DNA from: Candidatus Aenigmatarchaeota archaeon
GTDB taxonomy: Archaea; Aenigmatarchaeota; Aenigmatarchaeia; CG10238-14; SCSR01
Direction: 5' to 3'
Length of the DNA stretch: 64,000 nt
NCBI GenBank assembly: GCA_038998585.1
Contig: JAVZGQ010000002.1
Coordinates: forward strand, 6,625 to 70,624
The translations under genes and the position numbers were made by a program. This document shows, piece after piece, positions 8,895-17,208 of the stretch. Below the pieces are notes generated by a model that was not told where the DNA came from, did no database searches, and saw only the letters and a program-made list of their open reading frames with translations. Position 1 is the first letter of the stretch. Each line of letters opens with the position of its first letter.

Positions 8895-9218
8895 ATGGAA
8901 ATAGTAATTTCAATAGAGCAAAAGAACTTACAAAAGATTAAGGATATTCTGCTTAAGGACGACATTATATCGATGGCAAGCATAATTTTTAAGGATGCAA
9001 AAAGCTTGAATGGAAAAGAGGGAATTTATTGCTACATTTCTGGTTTAGAAGAGCAATGCAAAAGAGCTTTAGAAAAAGTAAAGATAAAAAATGAAAAAAC
9101 TGGTGAAGTCGTTGAATTGGCAAAAGAGGTTGAGGGTAAAGAGAAGGAAGAAGTGATGAGAAAAATAAAGGAGGAAGAAGAAAAAGCGATTGAGGGTTTT
9201 GGTGGAATTTTTAAATAA
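8895..9218 (+). CDS. small acidic hypothetical protein with ribosomal-stalk-like C-terminal tail
   Basis: GAGGTGA precedes ATG 8895; the track start GTG 8886 lies inside the SD. The C-terminus KIKEEEEKAIEGFGGIFK resembles archaeal P1 stalk tails. Confidence 0.45.
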   Translation: MEIVISIEQKNLQKIKDILLKDDIISMASIIFKDAKSLNGKEGIYCYISGLEEQCKRALEKVKIKNEKTGEVVELAKEVEGKEKEEVMRKIKEEEEKAIEGFGGIFK

Positions 9219-9222
9219 AAGT

Positions 9223-9339
9223 GCGCTGGTAGTCCAGTCGTAGATGATTCTGGATTGGTCTAAGACGTCGAGCTAAGCGGAACCCTGCCAACCAGAAGAC
9301 AGAACGGCGGAGACCCGGGTTCAAATCCCGGCCAGCGCA
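9223..9339 (+). tRNA. tRNA-like gene, best model tRNA-Gly (GCC), 117 nt with two apparent insertions and an irregular D-arm
   Basis: GCGCTGG/CCAGCGC acceptor plus discriminator A, and CCGGG-TTCAAAT-CCCGG T-arm. Anticodon stem TCTGG (9249-9253)/CCAGA (9292-9296) with loop CTGCCAA (9285-9291), and a 4-nt variable loop AGAC as in Gly tRNAs. Isotype is uncertain. Confidence 0.6.
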
Positions 9340-9340
9340 T
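9329..9340 (+). repeat. 12-bp direct repeat copy 1 (candidate att core, 3' end of the tRNA-Gly-like gene)
   Basis: cggccagcgcat is identical to 21625-21636. It is a GC-rich 12-mer in an AT-rich window. Confidence 0.6.
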
Positions 9341-9558
9341 GAAATCGACGATTCACTTTTTCCATATTTTTCTTATCTCTTTTATGAGTTTTTTTATCAA
9401 ACTTGACTATTCTGATTTCTCTTTCTTTTTCAAAATTTTCTCAATTTTTCAGAAAGTCTTTCTTTCCAAAGTTTTTCCGTGTTCAAGTTAAGGAGTACTA
9501 TTTTAATCTTGATTAGTATCTCATAAACTCTTAAATTTTTACACAACAACTACGATAT

Positions 9559-10245
9559 ATGATAAAATGTTTTATTTTTGACCAAGATGGCACGTTATAT
9601 TCACACGATAGTCAACTTATGCAAACTCTCCGAGAAAAAACTAAATCTTGGCTTATGAAGAGGTTAAATAAAAGTAGAGAAGAAATAGATTCTCTATATA
9701 TGAATTTTTAAGAATAAACTATCCAAATCCATTCGATGGGTTTACTTATTTAGGGTGTTCTATAGAAGACTATCATAAGTCGGTATTTGATAAAGTAAAT
9801 CCAAAAAAATATTTAGGTAAAGATAAAGAGCTTATAAGTATTTTCAAAAGTCTTACTTCACCTATATGAAGAAAAAATTATAACATTTCATTTTTATGTC
9901 GTTACATTTGCATCTCCTCTATATTCCAAAAAATTGCAACAAACTCTAGGAGTTTACCCTTTTATAAAAGGGACTTATTATGTTAAAGATAATCCTCTCA
10001 ATCATTCCAAAAAATTCTTTTATGAGTTGATAGCTAAGAATGAGAGATTGGAGTTCTCTGAAATTTGTGTAGTTGGTGATAACTATTATGTAGATATACT
10101 TCCAGCTACTGAACTTGGATGTATGTCTGTTTATTTATCAGACAAAGAAATAGAAGGCTCAAATTATACTATCAAAAGTATATACGAACTGCCAAAAATT
10201 TTAGATACTAAATTTTATCAAACTAAAATGAAGAAAAAATTATAA
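9559..10245 (+). pseudogene. HAD-superfamily hydrolase, disrupted by two frameshifts
   Basis: Motif I MIKCFIFDQDGTLY runs from ATG 9559 to a stop at 9709. The reading continues in another frame (YPNPFDGF...SPI*, 9720-9869), then returns to the first frame (YVVTFASP ... VVGDNYYVDI, 9838-10245). Both shifts are near homopolymers. Confidence 0.6.
9866..9896 (+). repeat. 31-bp direct repeat copy 1 (inside the HAD pseudogene)
   Basis: atgaagaaaaaattataacatttcattttta matches 10228-10258 at 30/31 positions. Confidence 0.7.
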
Positions 10246-10258
10246 CACTTCATTTTTA
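10228..10258 (+). repeat. 31-bp direct repeat copy 2 (spans the HAD stop codon and the convergent dehydrogenase stop)
   Basis: atgaagaaaaaattataacacttcattttta matches 9866-9896 at 30/31 positions. Confidence 0.7.
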
Positions 10259-11305
10259 GGGGTGGTATATAACCTTAATAACCCCTGTTTCTGGTTTTGA
10301 TTTCATAAGATAGATACCTTTCTCAAACTCTTGTAGAGGAAATTCATGAGTAATTAACTCCTTTACATTAACTAACCCATTAGAAATTAGTCTAAGCGAC
10401 ATGCTGAATTCTTTTTCATCTTTATATATTGAATAAGAGTTAGATCCTATAAGTTTCACTTCTTTATAAAAAAGTTTTCTTAATGGTATTTTCCCGACGT
10501 AATTAAAATCATAAACCCCTGCAACAATAATTGTTCCACTAGGTTTTGCTAAATCAATAGCCAGTCTTATAGTATCTGATTGCTTTCTGCCAACACATTC
10601 AATAACATAATCAAATTTATTATTTAGACGAGAGTTTTCTTTCACTTCTTCAAAAAGAAATGCTTCCATTGCACCAAGTGAAATTGCTAAATCCAAGTTC
10701 TTTTTATGCTTTCCTATAATTGTTAGATTCGTCTTATAATTTTTTGCAACTTGTAAACAACATAAACCGATAGTTCCATCGCCGATTATTGCTACTGATT
10801 TATTATTTTTTATTTCTCCTTGGTGCACACAATGAAGTGTAACTGCTACTGGATCAATTAATGCCCCTTCATTGAATGTCATATTATCAGGAAGGAGAAA
10901 TAAATTAGTGTAGGGAGCACAAGTGTATTCTGCAAACCCTCCAGGATAATCTTTTCCGATAGTTTTTAAGTTATTACATAACTCGTACTTACCATCATGA
11001 CATGCCTCACAATTTTTACAAGGAATTAATGGTTCAATAGCAACTCTATCACCATTGTTAAATCCTTCTACAGCGCTACCACATTCTTCTATTGTTCCTG
11101 AAATTTCATGACCCAGAATAAAGGTATGAAGATACTCTCTTGGAGATTTATAAGATAAGATTTTTTGTAAGTCACTTCCACATAGACCTGCAGAATGAAC
11201 TCTAATTTTAACCCAATTAGGTTGTGGTATCACTATATCTGGGACCTCTTTATATTCAATCTTTCTGACATCTTCAAATGTTACAGCTTTCATTTTATCA
11301 CACAT
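10256..11305 (-). CDS. zinc-dependent medium-chain dehydrogenase (threonine/sorbitol dehydrogenase-like)
   Basis: GLCGSDL, GHEISGTIEECG, the structural-zinc CKNCEACHDGKYELC and the Rossmann motif AIIGDGTIG. The likely start is MKAVTF at 11293. Confidence 0.8.
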   Translation of the reverse strand: MCDKMKAVTFEDVRKIEYKEVPDIVIPQPNWVKIRVHSAGLCGSDLQKILSYKSPREYLHTFILGHEISGTIEECGSAVEGFNNGDRVAIEPLIPCKNCEACHDGKYELCNNLKTIGKDYPGGFAEYTCAPYTNLFLLPDNMTFNEGALIDPVAVTLHCVHQGEIKNNKSVAIIGDGTIGLCCLQVAKNYKTNLTIIGKHKKNLDLAISLGAMEAFLFEEVKENSRLNNKFDYVIECVGRKQSDTIRLAIDLAKPSGTIIVAGVYDFNYVGKIPLRKLFYKEVKLIGSNSYSIYKDEKEFSMSLRLISNGLVNVKELITHEFPLQEFEKGIYLMKSKPETGVIKVIYHP

Positions 11306-12443
11306 AAAGTTTTTTTACCAACGCGTCAAATTTTTTTGTATTACCACCTGTGAAATTAACTAATGCTTGAAGTTTTGACAGCGGTTGTTTACTTTCAATT
11401 AATTCTTTTGATAGAGAATACCCTTCCTTAATAGAATCACAAATACCTGAAATATATAAAAGTGCACCACTGTTAAGACAAGTCATTTCACTTCTTGGAC
11501 CATTATCCAAACCACTAAGAATTCGAAGAAAAGTTAAGGTATTTTCTTCCCTATTTATATTGCTGATAATTTCCTTTTCTTTGGCTAATTTTAATCCAAT
11601 TCGTTCGGGATGAAAAATATATGTTTTAATACTCCTATTTCTTATTTCTGTAATTTTTGTCGGTCTAAAAATTGAAATTTCATCGATATATTTGTTCTTG
11701 TAGTTGTTCATGCCGCATACTACCATAGAATTGTCAAAATTATATTTCTTCAATAATCTTGCACTTAATTCAGTGTCAATATCAGCGATTCCATATAATA
11801 CACCATCAACGTAGATAGGCAAAACCAAGGCTGGTAAAATATAACTCAATGGATGTATAAAGAAAAATTTTCCACCGTATGCCTTATCAAATTTAGGTAT
11901 CTGATTTTCAATGGCAAAGAATGCTATTCCATACTTTTCTAATGCTTCTATCATTTTAGATGTCGGAAGATTTAAATTAATTCCAATTCCTTCCAATATA
12001 TCTCTGCTACCTGTTATGCCCGCTGTTGCGTAAGAGGAATTTTTTGCTACTCTTAAACCTCCAGCAGAAGCTATAAAAGCTGCTGTTGTACTTACATTAA
12101 AAGTTTTGATGTCATCTTTTCCACTACCTACCATATTATAGATTTTTCCGAGATAATCTAATTTGATTTTTTCTTTGTTATTAAACTCATCTAGTTGCAA
12201 TGCAGTATCTAATAATGCTATAATTTCCTCCTCAGTAGGTCTTTTAGTTTTTAAAGCTGCAAAAAGTGCGCCAAAATGAAGATCTTTTTGTTCAACTTTA
12301 TTTTCAAGAATTAAGGAGAATGCTTTTTTTAAACGTTTATATTCGATATCTTTACCTCTAGTTATTTCCTTAATTATTAAAGAAACCTCATACGTATTTC
12401 TGACAATTCGTTTTTTATCTAAAGTACTTTCGTATTTAGTCAT
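11298..12443 (-). CDS. TrpD-like (glycosyl transferase family 3) protein with divergent PRPP motif
   Basis: N-terminal helical bundle (LHFGALFAALKTKRPTEEEIIALLDTAL), then VGSGKDDIKTFNVSTTAAFIASAGG where TrpD has GTGGDG..TFNIST. The stop overlaps or abuts the downstream dehydrogenase. Confidence 0.65.
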   Translation of the reverse strand: MTKYESTLDKKRIVRNTYEVSLIIKEITRGKDIEYKRLKKAFSLILENKVEQKDLHFGALFAALKTKRPTEEEIIALLDTALQLDEFNNKEKIKLDYLGKIYNMVGSGKDDIKTFNVSTTAAFIASAGGLRVAKNSSYATAGITGSRDILEGIGINLNLPTSKMIEALEKYGIAFFAIENQIPKFDKAYGGKFFFIHPLSYILPALVLPIYVDGVLYGIADIDTELSARLLKKYNFDNSMVVCGMNNYKNKYIDEISIFRPTKITEIRNRSIKTYIFHPERIGLKLAKEKEIISNINREENTLTFLRILSGLDNGPRSEMTCLNSGALLYISGICDSIKEGYSLSKELIESKQPLSKLQALVNFTGGNTKKFDALVKKLYV

Positions 12444-13477
12444 TTAGACCACTTCTCTATTATCTTAAACAGTTGTTCTTCAAGATACATTCTTTTAGCA
12501 TTCTTCCACTCATTCCCTCCTTTTTTACATATTTGATATAATTCATCAAGCTCTTGGGAATTATAATAGGAAACTAATGTCATTAACTGATAAACTACAG
12601 AATCCATAGGATCTATAAAATCTCCTTCATGATTCATTACCTTATCTTCGATTTGTTCAAATGGCATATCAACAGATATGTTTGATTCAGGTATACTTTT
12701 CGACATTTTTGGATAACCATTAAATCCCCTTATCATTCTAGAATATAAACCACCTATTTTCATTGGAATTTTCATTCTTATGACTATCTCTTTAGATAGT
12801 CGCACATATTTATGTTCATCTATGCCCAGCATTACTAGTACATTTTCATATCCTTCCTTCATTCCTAAATGAATAAAATCTGCTAACATTAAAAGTATCG
12901 ACATCTTTACTGGAAATTCGATTCCTGGGTAAATTCCCTTTTCTTTATAAAGGTAAGAAAGATCTTCTTCTGTGTTTTTAAAATCACTATCTCTAAGACA
13001 ATTTGAAATAATATATGCGGTTAGAAGAATCTCAGGGTGATCCATTTGAGTTCTTAAAATACCACGCCCAGTATCGTAACCCAATTTGATTATGAAATCT
13101 CTATATCTTTTTGCTCTTTCCTTTACTACATCAAGAGGCTGATTTCTAGCATTATAAGAATCTAAATCACCTAAAACAAATTGAGTATATAAATTATTTC
13201 TTTGAAGATTGATAGTATTCATTATTTGAGCAATTGTTCCCATATGTGGACTTCCACTTAATCCAACACCAGTTGTAATGATAGATCTTTTACCTATCTC
13301 TAAATATTGAGAAAATGTTCTACCATCATGATGACATAAGAATTTCTTTTTAAGGTAGTCTGTATTTGCAGTTTTTAGCCCGAAATTAATTGGTTCAAAT
13401 TCAAAAGGATCATAGCCATACTCTTTGATTATTTTCTGGTAATATTCTTCATTAAATTCTACTTTTGGTTTTTCCAT
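12440..13477 (-). CDS. class Ic aminoacyl-tRNA synthetase of TrpRS type (housekeeping TrpRS or a paralog)
   Basis: YQKIIKEYGYD, FLCHHDGRTF, GVGLSGSPHMGT (HIGH-like), FVLGDLDSYNAR and YPKMSKS follow the archaeal/eukaryotic TrpRS layout. Start moved to ATG 13477 (MEKPKVEF). There is a 4-nt overlap with the TrpD-like gene. Confidence 0.65.
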   Translation of the reverse strand: MEKPKVEFNEEYYQKIIKEYGYDPFEFEPINFGLKTANTDYLKKKFLCHHDGRTFSQYLEIGKRSIITTGVGLSGSPHMGTIAQIMNTINLQRNNLYTQFVLGDLDSYNARNQPLDVVKERAKRYRDFIIKLGYDTGRGILRTQMDHPEILLTAYIISNCLRDSDFKNTEEDLSYLYKEKGIYPGIEFPVKMSILLMLADFIHLGMKEGYENVLVMLGIDEHKYVRLSKEIVIRMKIPMKIGGLYSRMIRGFNGYPKMSKSIPESNISVDMPFEQIEDKVMNHEGDFIDPMDSVVYQLMTLVSYYNSQELDELYQICKKGGNEWKNAKRMYLEEQLFKIIEKWSK

Positions 13478-13541
13478 ATTTATAATAATTTTACTAAAGG
13501 TTAACTTTTTATTTTTAACTATAAATAACAAAAAATGTTGT

Positions 13542-14447
13542 ATGTACGAAGAATTAAATAAAGAGCTCTTCAGTATTGTGGTAAAGATTGGAAAGAAGCA
13601 CTTAAAAAGAAGTAATTTTAAAATCCAATATATTCCTCAAGGGAAAATATATCATACATTTAAGTTAACTACAGCAGATAATTCATATGTTGTAAGGGTA
13701 GGCGGTAAATTAAGGAGATTTAAATGGGGAGATTTAAGATCTGAAAAATGGGCTTATGAACACATCAAAGATATTCTTCCTGTTCCAGAATTTTTTGAAA
13801 TAGGGGATATGTGTGGGGTGGATTATTCAATAGCATCTTTTATACCAGGGGTTGTGCCAAATCCTACCGATATTAATATTGCAAAACTTGCTGGTACGAT
13901 TCTTAAGAAATTACATTCACAAAGGTTTTCAAGATATGGAGATATTAATATTTCAAACGATGAGGGAGCTTTCATTTCTTGGTCAGAGTTTATTGAAAAA
14001 CATATACAAACTTACATAGATTTGCTCCCAAGAAACATAATTCCAGGTAAATATTTAAATCTTCTTAAGCAAATACACCAAGAGACTAATTTTACGTTAG
14101 AAGGTAGTCTGCTACATGGTGATTTTCAGAGAAGAAATTTATTAGTGAATAACGGAATAATCTCTGGAATAATTGATTTTGACAGATGTTTAATCGGTGA
14201 CCCATATTTTGATTTTGGACCAATTCTTTATCATTGTGAACAAAATTGGACCAATAATGTAATAAAAGGTTATTTTTCAGATTCGTCAATCCCAAAACAT
14301 TTTTATAACAAAATATATCTATACGCATCTGTACGTGCATTAAACGTGTTAAGTTTAATATATGTCGAGAGAGGGTTTATCGCACAAAATGTGCTAAATG
14401 ATTTGTACAAATACCTAGAGTTAGGGTTTAACTTGATTAAGATATAA
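13542..14447 (+). CDS. aminoglycoside/choline-kinase-like phosphotransferase (APH fold)
   Basis: Brenner motif LLHGDFQRRNLL and IIDFDRCLIGDPYFDF. Confidence 0.75.
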   Translation: MYEELNKELFSIVVKIGKKHLKRSNFKIQYIPQGKIYHTFKLTTADNSYVVRVGGKLRRFKWGDLRSEKWAYEHIKDILPVPEFFEIGDMCGVDYSIASFIPGVVPNPTDINIAKLAGTILKKLHSQRFSRYGDINISNDEGAFISWSEFIEKHIQTYIDLLPRNIIPGKYLNLLKQIHQETNFTLEGSLLHGDFQRRNLLVNNGIISGIIDFDRCLIGDPYFDFGPILYHCEQNWTNNVIKGYFSDSSIPKHFYNKIYLYASVRALNVLSLIYVERGFIAQNVLNDLYKYLELGFNLIKI

Positions 14448-14496
14448 CTTTTTTGACAATTAAATATTTTATTCTTAGCTGAACTAGTATCTAATT

Positions 14497-15240
14497 ATGA
14501 AATTTGGAGATTCTATCTATGTCGAAAATGAATTAGAATCAAGATTGATAGAATGGAAAAATAAAAAATTACCTTTTAATTATGTTGAGGTTGTTTTATC
14601 TAAAAAACTTGAGCCCAATACGTTTTTTGAGACTCAGCTTCAAAAAGTATGTACCCAAGTTAATATTTCGGTAGTTCATTTACCAGAAGTAGATTTTAGC
14701 GCAGATTCCCTCAAAAAACTCAAAAAATTTATCACTATGTTTTCTCGCACTGGATGCAAACTTTTCAATATTCACTTATTCTCTTCGATAGTTCAGCTAG
14801 ATGTGAATAAAAAAATTCCATTTTTAAGGAAACTAGTAAAGTTTGTAAAACAAAAAGATGTTATCTTAACTCTAGAAAATACAGAAGAACCACCTGAAAT
14901 ATTTAACAAGGTGTTTTCTAAAATTCCAGAAGGTTTGAATTTTTGCTTAGATGTAGGTCATGCAAACCTTTTCACTAACAATAATTACTCCATTAAATTT
15001 ATCAATATGTTTAGTTCGAAATTGAAATTAGTACATGTTCATGATAATTTTGGTGGGAATTCTGAATCAGACGATAAACATTTACCATTAGGGAGAGGTA
15101 GTATAAACTTTAGGAAAATTTTTAATAAGTTAAAGTCAGTAGCCTATGACGGATTAATTACCATTGAGCTACCCTGGTCTTCTGAAGAGGAAAGAATTCA
15201 GTCCTTGAACTTCATCAAAAAATTAATTTCAACAATTTAA
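14497..15240 (+). CDS. xylose-isomerase-like TIM-barrel protein (sugar phosphate isomerase/epimerase or AP endonuclease 2 fold)
   Basis: LTLENTEE, LDVGHANLF, VHVHDN..DDKHLPLGRGSINF are typical metal-ligand segments of this fold. Confidence 0.65.
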   Translation: MKFGDSIYVENELESRLIEWKNKKLPFNYVEVVLSKKLEPNTFFETQLQKVCTQVNISVVHLPEVDFSADSLKKLKKFITMFSRTGCKLFNIHLFSSIVQLDVNKKIPFLRKLVKFVKQKDVILTLENTEEPPEIFNKVFSKIPEGLNFCLDVGHANLFTNNNYSIKFINMFSSKLKLVHVHDNFGGNSESDDKHLPLGRGSINFRKIFNKLKSVAYDGLITIELPWSSEEERIQSLNFIKKLISTI

Positions 15241-15250
15241 TTAAAAAAAT

Positions 15251-16378
15251 CTATCTACTAACTTCTATTTCTTTCATATCTTCTAAATATTTCTTTCCAG
15301 GACCATCTAAGAAGTATTTTCTAGCAGGCTCAATAAGATTAATAAGTTGAGAACTTATACTTGATTTTAAATCAGCTGGGTGTATTTTTCCTAACATATA
15401 ATCTTTTTCTAGTTCGTGGTATGTCTTATAAATCCTTCTTTCATTAGTTTTTGTATTAACTACTTCAAACTCTTTTTCCTCCCCTCTAAACAATATATAT
15501 TTTGCAAGCTCCATAACAGGATTTAATTCAATCTCTTTAGGTGGGCAATAAGCTTTTCTAATTTTTAATTCAATCTCTTTAGGTGAATCATGAATAAAAA
15601 TGGCACTTTTGGGTTTTGATTTTGACATTTTGATGTCTATTATTCCTTCTTCAAATAATTTTCTGTTTCCTTCTTTTTTAGCTTTAAGAATTTTTTGTCT
15701 AGCATCTTCTGTTATGTGCATTCCAATTAACAAGTGGTGATGAACTGCTATCGGTTTGTAACCTGCTACTTTTTCACCAACTTCTAATGCAATAACATGA
15801 GCTTTTCGTTGGTCCATTCCACCATGAGCTAAATTTACACCCAGAGTAAATATATCTGCTACCTGCATAGGTGGATAAAATAGTTGAGCTAAGTCAATAA
15901 TTTCTCCCTCCTTCCTTCCCATTATAGTAAGAGACCTTCTTATTCTGGAAAGTGTTGTGTTCATTGATATTTTTAGAACAGTTTCTAGGTAGTCAACCCC
16001 TACCTTTTTATAAAGTTCAGATCCTAAAACATACTTCACTTTTTCAGGATTACCGCCTATAATTTTCAACGATTGGTTTAGAGCCTCTTTAAAATACCCG
16101 CCTGCTATTCTTCTTATATCAGATAAGTCTCCACCCAACTTTTTATTTATCCATGAATGGTAATCTGCTAAAAAAATAGTTGTATCAATTCCTGCTTTTT
16201 GAAAGTCATCAACTTTATTCATACATAAAAGGCCAGTACCTAAATGCACGTATCCTGAAATCTCATAGCCTATATAATGTTTGAGAGGTATGCCTTGAGT
16301 AATATATTCTTTAAGTTTATTAATTGTTAACACTTCTTCGGTTGGTTCTTTGTATATCCACTTTATAAGTTCTTCCAT
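15251..16378 (-). CDS. tyrS: tyrosyl-tRNA synthetase (archaeal type)
   Basis: [14 protein letters not shown] (HIGH), [33 protein letters not shown] and [17 protein letters not shown] parallel M. jannaschii TyrRS. Confidence 0.8.
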   Translation of the reverse strand: MEELIKWIYKEPTEEVLTINKLKEYITQGIPLKHYIGYEISGYVHLGTGLLCMNKVDDFQKAGIDTTIFLADYHSWINKKLGGDLSDIRRIAGGYFKEALNQSLKIIGGNPEKVKYVLGSELYKKVGVDYLETVLKISMNTTLSRIRRSLTIMGRKEGEIIDLAQLFYPPMQVADIFTLGVNLAHGGMDQRKAHVIALEVGEKVAGYKPIAVHHHLLIGMHITEDARQKILKAKKEGNRKLFEEGIIDIKMSKSKPKSAIFIHDSPKEIELKIRKAYCPPKEIELNPVMELAKYILFRGEEKEFEVVNTKTNERRIYKTYHELEKDYMLGKIHPADLKSSISSQLINLIEPARKYFLDGPGKKYLEDMKEIEVSR

Positions 16379-16446
16379 AATTTTCCCTATTGTGTAAAAA
16401 TATATATTTTGCTTAATTAGTTTTTAAAAAATATATTTTAATTATT

Positions 16447-17115
16447 TTAATTTTTTGCAGAACTGTGTTGTAGTTGATCCTTCAAAGCCAGCAAATCTTC
16501 AGGCTTACTGCTTTTCTTCAAGTAAGCTATGGCAAATTCATGTCTAAAAGCATGAACCAATCTTCTCCTGTTGGTTATTCCAGCAAGCTTTACATACTTC
16601 TTGACGATTCTGTGAACATTGAACCTTGACATGGGAAACAATTTTATGCAGTTAATTATTTTTTCCTTGTTTTTGTACATTCCTTCTGGAATCCTTTTGC
16701 TCCTCTCATTCACATATTCTTTCAAGGTATCTAGAAGTATTTTTGGTGCTTTCAAGGGAACTTTAACCCTTTCCTTAACCAAAACTTCATTTCCATTCTT
16801 GTCTTTCTTTTTAACATACTTGAACTTTTTCTCGATAGTCCAATTTATTATGCCGTTTTCGAAATCGATATCGCCAACAGTAAGCCCTTCTATCGGTTGC
16901 TTCCTATACTTTGGATTAACATAAGTCACTTCCCAACCAGAACTTCCAACTATTTCGCCAACTCTCCTTCCTGTCAAAGCTAAAGTTAGAAGCAAGCAGT
17001 AATCTCTAAAGCTATGTTGTTTTGCAACTTCTAGTATCTTTTTGATCTCTTCAGGAGTGAAAGCATACTTAGAACTTCTTATTGGAGTTGTTTGCCATTC
17101 GGATTTCTTCTTCAC
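16447..17115 (-). pseudogene. tyrosine recombinase remnant (catalytic domain lacking the C-terminal Tyr)
   Basis: LTGRRVGEI (Arg I), HAFRHEFA (HxxR) and LQHSS are present. The ORF stops about 10 residues before the expected catalytic Tyr, and there is no N-terminal core-binding domain. Confidence 0.5.
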
Positions 17116-17208
17116 AATTGTTAAGAAATGTTGAAAGATTAAAAAGATTGGAAACCATTGTATTTATATTTCAATTAGTAATTTTTGGAGCAATTATGGC
17201 CGGATTTT

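Noticed and set aside
9223-9339. I considered that the odd tRNA is a split or permuted tRNA, or a class II (Leu/Ser) tRNA with a D-loop intron.
   Set aside because: Both acceptor halves are contiguous and in normal order. The class II model (GTC...GAC D-stem) leaves no anticodon arm with U33 and a matching 3' strand.
15522-15585. A 22-bp perfect direct repeat (tttaattcaatctctttaggtg) lies 42 bp apart inside tyrS.
   Set aside because: Both copies encode PKEIEL within segments that align to M. jannaschii TyrRS without an insertion. I treat it as an in-frame coincidence or micro-conversion, not a mobile or regulatory element.
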